This document shows positions 54,710-64,000 of a stretch of 64,000 bases of DNA, one piece after another (position 1 is the first letter of the stretch; the number at the start of each line of letters is the position of its first letter). The notes under the pieces are model-generated. The model was given only the letters and a program-made list of their open reading frames with translations, was not told where the DNA came from and did not search any database. Source of the stretch: Raillietiella orientalis (taxonomy: Eukaryota). The stretch spans positions 3,472,001 to 3,536,000 of the forward strand of contig JAYWIR010000010.1 in assembly GCA_036172245.1 (NCBI GenBank), read 5' to 3'. The position numbers and the translations under genes are program-made.

Positions 54710-55189
54710 CTACAACTCTGGAGAGACGTATATGCTTTCCTCGTAATTCCCGCAATCGTTTCTTTGGAGTAGCACGGTTTGTCTAGAGTCCAGGCACCTG
54801 TCGACCTTACTCAGTTCCACCACCTGATCGCAAGGTACGCCGTGCGACAGTTTCAGATCGATCTCTTCACGTAACTGTTTGGTGTGTTTTTCTCCTTCAT
54901 TTTCCCCTTTGTTCTCAGAGTCGACTTTCGGGCCAGAACACACTTTGCAGTGCGAAAGCATCCTTTTGACGTACTTCTTACCTTTGCTCTTGTAAACCAG
55001 TAGTATCACAGAAAACAAAAGAAATCCACTTAACGTGACCGCAGTTCTCACACCAACGTTGGGGTCATAGTTGGCATAAAATGACCTTCTTTCCAGCTCT
55101 TTAGGATCTTCGGTGATCACACTGAAATTCCATTCGGAGGAGATGCCAGACCAATCCGCATCATCATTCGAGGTAGACGTGAGCTGCAT
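54710..55189 (-). CDS. Small single-pass membrane protein (159 aa if unspliced), uncharacterised invertebrate family
   Basis: Acidic N-terminus, FYANYDPNVGVRTAVTLSGFLLFSVILLVYKSK hydrophobic helix with a basic cytosolic flank. It resembles the conserved arthropod FY..YD...G.R.A.TL.GF...YKS motif as I recall it. A strong donor AAG|GTAAGA at ~54980 suggests possible splicing. Confidence 0.65.
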   Translation of the reverse strand: MQLTSTSNDDADWSGISSEWNFSVITEDPKELERRSFYANYDPNVGVRTAVTLSGFLLFSVILLVYKSKGKKYVKRMLSHCKVCSGPKVDSENKGENEGEKHTKQLREEIDLKLSHGVPCDQVVELSKVDRCLDSRQTVLLQRNDCGNYEESIYVSPEL

Positions 55190-56899
55190 CGTGCTCGTCA
55201 AATCTTCCTCTTTCTTCTTGGGAGTTTTCTTTCATGTTTCTGACTGCTGCCAAAAGAACTGGTGGTTCCTCACAAATATTTATCAGCTTTCATGAAGAAG
55301 AAAACCATGTGCTACGGCTTGAAAGTCTGCGCTTTCATAGGACAAACTTGCATTCATGATCATCTCATTTAATTGTCCTCATAACAGGCGAGAAGTGCGG
55401 ACTGGAATCATGGATGCTGAGCAAATGGACAAGAAGAGAATCCTGGAAAGAAAGGATATATTCAGAGGTTTTTCGGCAAGCAAAATATCAGGAAGATCAA
55501 ATACATTGGTAGTGTAATATGAGTGATTAGTGTCTTTGGAAATAGCATCCACGAAAACACATTCGAACGCAGACATCTCTAAAACCCGAAGCTCAGTCGT
55601 ACAAAGAAAAATATGTACCATACGTATGTATGGATGTTCTTTTGTGACGGGCGTTTTCGAGTTTGCAGAAATGTGCTGCAGTGGAACCGTCGAATGGCAT
55701 CTTGTGCTGCAATCGACTGTTGCGTTTACTAGAGGATTCTAAAGCATTTTTCCATGACAATCTCGAGAAGCCAGGACTCTAAATTGCTCGGAGTAAATCT
55801 GCTTCCAGTCTTTCCTCTTTTCTTTCCACAAACTTCTGATTGCCATGATAACACTATCGCACTGCTTCAAAAGATGAAGGAAGCTCAAAGGATTACACGC
55901 AGAACCTATTCGCAGACATGAACCATCATCGATGCTGCTGTTGTGTGCCCTTAGCGACGAGATACTTCTGTGGTCATCATCGGGCCATGAAGAGCTTCTC
56001 CAACTCTCTGGAGGCTTTTGAGAGGAACACAACCAAATATCTTCAGCAGACGAAGTGGTTTTCAGTCTTTCAGGCTGTTGGAGGAATTCGAATCATCGTG
56101 GCACCCGTATCCACAGAATTTTCCCGAAGTGACCGGATACTTTAGCACTTCCAGAGAACGATTTCGTCCTGATGCCGCTGTCGTCCTCAGAATCACTATC
56201 TTATCTGCACCGCCTCGCGCAAGAGGGGATGTTTCCGTAAGATTTCACAAGTGGAAACATTATCAGTTCTCACATTGGTTCCGACGACAACACTGTCCCT
56301 TCCCAGTCTGCCTGAAAGATGGGAGTTGACTATCAGGTCTAAGTTTTCCATCCCAAGAATCCCGTTTCCTCTTTTGAAGCCTTGAATGTTCCTCCTGACA
56401 TTCGTGACCGGAGATTCCGCTTCCTGCAGAACACCAGCTTAGTGGGAAGAAACTTCAACGTTTGCTAGCCAGAAATCAAGCCGTGATGGATTCCAGCCCG
56501 GAAGACAGTTGCCGCCAATCATCAGGCATCGAGAACGTTCTAGGAACGTTTCTTTATAGTCGTTTCGACGTTTCCGTTCCCTATCCTACCCCTCGTTTTC
56601 ACTTGTCCAGCCCTTGCAACACAAAAGGATAAAGGCAGCCCTGAGCATGCGGTTCAGTTAGCTTTTCGCACTCCTTTTTCACGAGACGCTTAAGGAGTCC
56701 CAAACACCACACAGGAACACCGAATACCGGATCAGTTGGCTCGCTGACGATGTGCACATGCCTCTGGATCCAGTTTCCTTGGAAAGGAGCTACACAAAAA
56801 ACCGAAAAAAAACAAAGAGAGAGGGAGGGAAGAGGGACAGGAATCTGCAATGGCGCTCGTTTCCTCTATTTACGATCCTTGCTGTTGACAGCCGACTCT

Positions 56900-59800
56900 C
56901 ATCTGCTCCCGCTAGTACACCCGCATTCTCCACGAGGAGCAGCATTTTTAAACAACATCCGACGTGGACGGACATGGGAGCGAAAGAGCTTCCTCCTCCC
57001 CGCTTCGGTGAAAGGACCTACTGGATCCTCCCTCCCTTCTTTGTGCACAGACAGCTCCCTGATCTCTTTCAAGGGTCAGCATGTGGCTGTCCGGGTTTCC
57101 CGTGCAACGATAGCCGGGACCTCTGGACGAAGGAAAGTGCGCCATCGAAACCGCGCCTCAGGCGCGGTGAAACCCAATCGTTCCCCGCATGCTCGTGGGC
57201 TGTGCGACGAACGATGCCTTGGCGGCTGCTCTGCCGTGTTGCATCCGGAGGACATCCTTTGGGAATCGCTGCGGCTAGGCTTCTTCGCGCAAAACGAGCC
57301 TGCACCTGCTGCAGTGGTCACAGCGTCGTGTTGCAGCCACTGCGCGGCGTGGCTGGGCATCAGCAGCCTCGAGAAGCAGCCACCACCTCCATGCAAAGGA
57401 GGGAAGCGGTACGGTCCCACCTGGATAGCAGGGTGAAGGAAGATGTCGCCAGAATCGCGAGCTCCTTTCCCTCCCTCGCACCGTCTTTGCTGCAGCCGAC
57501 CTTTGAGTCAACGGTTTTTTCCCCAAGGAGTTCCACGCTCTGATAGGAGCCAGCCAGTTCTTTACGTGGGAACGTTGACTGATGTCAGCAAGCACCTCGG
57601 CGGTAACCAGGTGAAAACTCTGAGATCTGGGGGAACGCGCGAACAGAAGCGCGTTGCAGAGGACTAAGGAGCGAACAAGTCACTTTACAGCTCCCTGAGG
57701 AGGGGTTGCGAGCACCGACGACCTAACGACCTACCGACCCACGAGCTCTCGTGAAAACGCCTTTGAGGAGAAAACCAACTTAACCGTCTTCCTGGACTCC
57801 TGAGCGTGTGAGCTTTTGTCACCTTTTGCTGAAATGCTGAGATGAGAAAGATGTTCCAGACGTCTCGCGTCCTCATCTTCGGGATGACATGGTGCCACGA
57901 GAGGACGCGTGCGCTCATGGAGCAGTATGCAAAACACACACGGAGGGGGGAGAGAGAGCACACGTGATTGGGATGACAGAAGGATGCTACGGGAGATCGA
58001 GGGATCAGGGAAGACCTGACTCTCCGTATTGTAATGGCAGAAAACTTCTCTCCCCCCCCCCTTCCCATGGAGTGCCTCCTGAGATTTCTTTTTATTTTTA
58101 TTTTTTTACCTTTTAGCTCCAGCGGCACACGAAGCCCTCTCTTCTCCCGACCGTCCGAAGCGCGTGCGTCCAGGGAGCTGTCGCCACTGCCGCCGCACCT
58201 GTTCTATCGCTTCGATAACACGGATCCAGAACACTCGGAATTAAGGGTGGGGGGGGGGATGAAACACTGCGCCCTCGAGTGCGCACTTTGCCCGGTCACT
58301 GGCTACTGCGCGGACGACCCCTCCTGCTGCTTCCGTTGCCGCCTCCGCTGGACCGCGAGCGCGTGCACCGTACGGGTCGACTCGGCGGGAGGAACAGAGG
58401 CGCGCGCGTTCCGTGGGGCGTGGGAGAGCGCCGGAACGGCGCAGGTTGGATGGCGGACGAAGCGGGGTGGAAGGAGGACGAGGAGCAGGCAGCCCTTCGT
58501 CTTTTCTTTTTTTTTTTTTCGTGAATAACGACGACTGCTTGTGCTTAGTGCACCTCCTGCAAGAGGAAGAGGTCAGGACCCACGATTGGCATCCCGGGAG
58601 AATGCGCGCCGCCGCGCAGCGAGCAGGGAAGCTGACTGCTGCCGCCTCCGCTGTTGCGCGAAACGAAGGGCAAGCAGTGAGAATGAGAAATGACTGGGGC
58701 GTTGTGATACGGGAAAATGGAGTGGGAAGGGGGGAGATGGAAGGGAATCTGCGGTCTAGGCATCTAGGCAATCTAGGTCTAGAGAGCAGGGCAGAGAACA
58801 CGGAGGAAGGAGGAGGAGAGAGGTGAGACGGCACCTCTGCTCGACCATGGACGACCCTTCGTTACCGTGGCGATCGATCGATAACGGGCGTCTCGCTGCG
58901 GCGGAAGCGACGTTTCCTTCCTCTCCCGCCGCATCCGGCATCGCGCGGGTGTGACGTTTTTTTCTCGCGACGCCCCGAACGCCAGCCCGGGATGCACGGA
59001 GGAAGAGCAGCAGGCTCGAGAATACCGCGATCACCTCGTCCCGGAAAGGGCGGATCGCGTGCAGGATATCCGAGAGGGAACCTGGAAGCGAGCTTCCGGA
59101 TGAATTCCCTCGCTCCCTCTCCGGCGGCGGCGTCAGGACGTTCGGGCTGCCGCAGAAGACAAAGGAGGCCGCGCGGCGAGCCCTGCGATTCCCGGAAAGC
59201 GGACGGGCGACAGCGCTCTTCCCCGCCCGACGCACGCTGCAGTTTCCCCCAGCCAGGAATAAGGATCGATGCGTTTCGCCCGGGAATGCTCTCGAAGCTC
59301 CGAACGTCAGAAGGGACGTAGCGGGAGGGATGCACGAGGGCGCTGCGCTGCCGCAATGGAAGCTCGGGACGGTCTCCTCCCTTACCTCGCTTTCCAGGGC
59401 CTCCTCCTCCCTCCCTCCCGACCCGGGGTATTCCGCTGCTTTTCTCCCCTGAGGCGGCGGGGCCGCCCGGAACACCGGTCTCCCGGAGTGATTATACCGG
59501 GAGGCGTCCTTTGCCACCCCAAGCCTTTTGTTCCCCTTTGGGCGAGGCAGCGGTCGCTTCCACTTTCTTGACGGCATCCCCACTGTTCTTGGAGGCTTCG
59601 GGCAGCAAGCACCCAACTACAGCCCTGTGACGACCAGGAGGGCGGCGCGGGTGGGAAGTGGTGGCAGAGAACGGAGGGGTGTCCCGGCAGAGAGGAATGA
59701 GCCGTGGGGATGTGAACAGGTGCTCCGGAGCCAGCGCCTACTAGCGGACATCCAAGGGATGACGTCACGAGAACCCAGTTGCATCGCTGTCCTCCACTTG

Positions 59801-61560
59801 CCTCTGCTCCCGATTCCCTGTGCTCTCCCAGTTCCTTCGCCTCCCTCTGGGAAAAACAGGTGAGGGAGCGCGCGGGAGAAGGGAAACGTAGGTAGTGGTG
59901 GGGACTCCGCGGCGTGGACGATGCTCCAATACCCTCCTCCTCGACCCACCCTTCTCTCCTGCCTCTTTCTGCGAGTGAACGAGCGGGAGCAGGATGCATT
60001 CAAGTATCGAGCTGTGGGACCTTCCTCCTCCCCTCCCTGCCCCCCCAAAAGGAATTCGTCCTTTTTTTTGTTGGGGTAGGAAGGAGGAAGAGGTTTTCAT
60101 CGATGATGGGGTCTGGGTGGAGCTGTACCAACCTTCCCGGATGTGTACCTGACAGGAACTCGTACTACCGCACCCAGCCGTTTCCACAGGTCGCTCATCC
60201 AGTCCCGCGCTGCAGGAAGGCGGCAGTAGGAAAAGAGGGAGGGAGCTGGACTGCCTCCGCTACTCCTACTTTCCATCTTTCCACCGTCGAGAAAGGGAAC
60301 CACCTCTCCTATGCATTCCCTAGTTGGTGCGCTTGGTGAGAGAGCCATTTTTCTCATCTTCCGCCTCCTCCCAGTACCTCCTGATGATGGTTCCCGCCTT
60401 TCCCGGCGGAGCCAGAGATGAAGACATGATTGCTTCACTCTCTCTTCGGGAAACCAGTTGTAATGGCGCGCACTGGTCTTACGAAGAGGTTGTTGCAGGT
60501 GGACGGAAAGTGTGGGCGTCGTTCCGAGAGGACGGGTGAAGGTCAGATAAGGAAAGGTCTTCGGGGTTCGCGTCCGGGGATGGAAGCTGAAGGCAAGTCT
60601 GGGACAGAGAAGCGGTGAGGGAGACCAGCGTCCCGAGAGACGCTGCTGCGTCTGGCACGCTGCTGGGGGAAACGACGTTCCCGCCGCGGCCAGCAGGAAG
60701 CCGCCAACAGGAAGAGCAAGAGGGCGGGACGTTTCGCAGCGCGGGAATCCCCCCGGCTCAGCGAAACGGACGCTGCTTCCCTCTCGCGGCGCTCCCGCCA
60801 GCTAAAGCGCGGGGGAGCCGACCGACTCGCGAGCTCGGTCGCAGCCGCTGCAGGAAGGTGGCTCTGAGCGGAGGGGGGCGGCCAACGCACCCGACGCCGT
60901 GCGCAGTGCGCCCTCCGCTTGTTCCCGCACGCAGGCGCCAGCCGCACGACGCGGAGTGCAAGCGAAGAAGCTTCGGCAGGCGGGCACGAGGCGTCACGCG
61001 TGGCCCGGACGCGGCACGCATCGCCCCCAGCAGGGCCCTCCGAGGTCCCGGGAGGAGGAAATGTCTCGCCGGTGGGGCCGCGCCATGCGGGCGAGTCGGA
61101 GTCCGGGATGGCTACCTTCCTCTCGTCGCGGAAGGGTGCGCAGCTCCACCTGCGCCGCTCGCACCGGAACGGTTCGGCCGCCACTTTCCACCGTCGAGGG
61201 CAGCTGCCGCACCCGGAAAGAGTGCCGCAGAAACTGCCCCTACCCCTCTCCCCCCCTGCGATGCAGACGACGTGTTTGGGAACCCTGGAGACGACGACGA
61301 CGACGTCGCACGGTTGCACCCCCCGCATACCAAAGGCCAAGGAACGTGGCCACGGAAGTTCGCGATCGCAGACGCCATCGTTGCTACCGCGCACACGCAA
61401 GCAACCAAGATAGAGAGGGACGAGTCGTCTGGGCGTCTCCCGAGCCATCGGGAGTGCCCGCGCGGGCGCCACGAAGAAAGACGGAGGACGCGTCCTTGAG
61501 CTTCAGTGCCTCATTCACGGTCGAGTGGAGTGACGTCACACAGGCGTGCGTTTCCTCTGC
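56900..61560. other. GC/CpG-rich island-like region with many overlapping spurious ORFs
   Basis: Visibly high GC and CpG content; long ORFs in several frames with no recognisable protein motif. Confidence 0.5.
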
Positions 61561-62249
61561 GTAGTCGCACTCTGCTGCAGCAAGAGTTTGCATCTCGGTA
61601 CGATGATGGCAAAGATGAGAAAACATCCTTCTTCCGGCTAAGTGATGTTCGATTCCGGTCTACTTTATAAGGATGCTGGATGCACTGTTAAAATCGAAAG
61701 ATCTTTCAGATCGTGCCATCACAGGTTGCCTCAGAGAAAGATTCAGGTCTAGTAGAAGAGGATCCGGAAGCAAAGAGCGCCGTGCTACTAAGTCCGTTGA
61801 ATCTTTTCTGTGAAAAGGCTGTCGCCGTCTCCGCCATATTTCCACAGTCAGCTGCCAGAGATCCCGAGGGATGGTATGTGATCGCGTTCCTGAATACCAA
61901 GTCATAGATGAACCACCAAGAAGAAACGAGGAGGTTGCGTTCATGATGGGTGCGCCACAGTTTGGTTAGTTCACTTCTGGGGTTGCGTTTGGGGGTTCAG
62001 CAGCAGGGTTGTCCAAACCCAACATTTTGGAATGTTTCTTGGGAACTCAAGGCTACTTTGCAGAAAAGTAGCAGTCTCGAAGGCAAGAAGCAGAAGAGAG
62101 AAGAAAGGCATTCGACTGAAATTTGGGAATTAAAGAAAACTGAGGGTTAGAATATCGGGAAATGTAGTGGTTTAACACCCGGGTGCTCCGGGGCGTTTAT
62201 TATATAAAATAAACATACAAAGTGTAGGGCCATGGGCCCTACAACGTCT

Positions 62250-62450
62250 GAAAGAGCTCGGAACTTGTCGAGTAACCGGCACGCAGACCGGCGAGGTTCG
62301 TGGGGGAGGGAATGTGGTGGTAGTTGCCACCTGTGTGGTAGCAGGTTCGTTTGTCCTGAATGCGCGCAATCCATTGTGGCCAATCAGCTGTTCGCCCTGT
62401 TCTGAGTACTTTCGTCACAGCGAACAGTTGCCAGATCCATGCCACGGTTT
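62250..62450 (+). mobile_element. 3' end of a Gypsy-like LTR retrotransposon (polypurine tract and start of the LTR)
   Basis: ARRPARF peptide, then GGGGGAGGGAA immediately followed by TGTGGTGG (~62313). No partner LTR in the window. Confidence 0.4.
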
Positions 62451-64000
62451 TCTATTCTTTTTTTTTTTCCAGCCAAGTAAATGCACTCAACTTTTTTTCC
62501 TCTGCGAAAACTTGCACGTGCTCCCATTTCCTTTTTTATTCGCAGATCAAACCTCTTAAGCGCTTCCGTCAAGAAGCACGCCGGATGTACAAAGAGCCAT
62601 ACCGTAATCGACTTTACGTCAACAGAGTTCCTTCATCTTGCCAATTATGAGACCCATGGAAGCGGAATAGGAAATGATTAAGGTCACATGGGAATGCACA
62701 GGTGTCTTAAGTTTTCGTTCCCTCTGCAGACCTCAGCGGCAAACAACCTGAGGGGGCCGCTTATAGTAGCGTGGATGTGGCTAAATTTGGATCACCCATG
62801 GGGGGGACCTGACAACATGCAACTTGCAGATCATAGTAGACCGTCAGAGCAAGCAAAAAATAGACCCACGGGTCTTTTACTATGCCAACAAACATGTAGA
62901 TAGGTGTTTTCAGTAGGTTAACAAAAGGTTACATAGGAAAGTGATCCCCAAATGCAAAGGGAGAAGGTAACATAAAATGTGCATTCCGGAGAGGGAATTT
63001 CCAAACAGAAAGGAGGAATCTGGAAGTAGGAATTGCATTTCTGTTTCATAAAGCAAGAGAAGTCGGAAGCTGACAATACAAGAGAACGGAGGTAAATGTT
63101 AGCAAAGGACAGTTTAAGAATGTGAGGCAACCCACCTTTGAGAATCGATGGACTGGACTTGAGATCCAGTTGCTGGACCAAGCATGCTGTTTCATTATTA
63201 ATTTTTATAAGCCTTGAATTTCATCTTAAAATTGTCGATGTCTTCCATTCTGACGCAAAAGGAATGCATGAGATCATTTTTTCAAGAGGAAAAAATTCCT
63301 TAAAACAAATGAAACGATTGCAAAACCACAGCATCGGTAAAGTTATGTACCTTCACGAAGGATTTTCCTCGAAGATTCTCATTTAACTCCTAGCATTGAG
63401 TCTTCCATCTCTGTGGCTTCGCAAGGCCTCTCGTTTTCTCGACATACTTTAGGTGAAAGATTTTCTGCCATTTTCTTTTTAATTGAATTGATCAGTTTTC
63501 AGAAGTCAGCCCTGCTGTCTCCCAAAGTAAAAAGGGATCATCGCAACAGCAGTATGATCCATCAGTCCTTGAAAATCCCTTTATACATTGGAAGCTCACT
63601 CGAACATGCCAGGAACGGCCACGGTAACTTTTGTGAAGGAAAATTCCAATTTCGTATACTCGCAACTTGAACAGACACTGAAAACTGTACGCGAATTTGC
63701 ATAGAAATAGAGGATGGGAGGGATTAGTTGTCCAGAGCATGATTCAAATGAGCACTGTGGAGGATGCTGGAAAAGAAAAGAGGAGAAAAATTAAGAAGGG
63801 ATTGGATGAAGATCCGTTCAAGTGCCTCAAAGTACTATCTTCAGAAAAGCGGCACGCTACTGATTTGCATAGCAGCCATTTTGCATTTTTTTTTTTTAAC
63901 TTGAGCAGCTTGATTTCTCCTTTGCTCTCCTTTGATCTTCTGTATCACCTCGCATTGATGATATGACATCATGAGGCGGCAAATTTCATCTCAAGGAGAA

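Noticed and set aside
60100..60440. Possible integrase-like peptide DWMSDLWKRLG
   Set aside because: No other catalytic motifs in order; too weak to call.
60543..61564. Several 200-310 aa ORFs on both strands
   Set aside because: Expected by chance at this GC content; no recognisable motif.
62163..62200. tRNA-like TGTAGTGGTTTAACAC
   Set aside because: No B-box, T-arm or acceptor stem.

Overview
Eukaryotic (animal, most likely arthropod) genomic DNA with two compositionally different halves. The AT-rich, CpG-poor ~0-41 kb part holds four multi-exon genes with very short introns (41-56 nt): POP1 (+, 900-5599), Piezo (-, 7755-23392), the eIF4E-binding protein Mextli (-, 29883-32010) and the splicing factor RBM39/Caper (-, 32193-35131). 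RBM39 and Mextli are only 182 nt apart on the same strand. The spacer has an AATAAA followed about 105 nt later by a 3' splice acceptor, resembling an operon or trans-splicing arrangement. A decayed, antisense CFAP61-like (flagellar gene) relic appears to underlie the POP1 5' end. The GC/CpG-richer ~41-64 kb part is mostly decayed mobile DNA: RLE-, RTE- and L1/Tx1-type LINE fragments, a piggyBac nested inside another piggyBac, a TA-flanked MITE and a Gypsy end. It also has one small single-pass membrane protein gene (-, 54710-55189) and a possible decayed paralog. All gene models were built by hand from splice signals and remembered protein motifs; no database searches were run.
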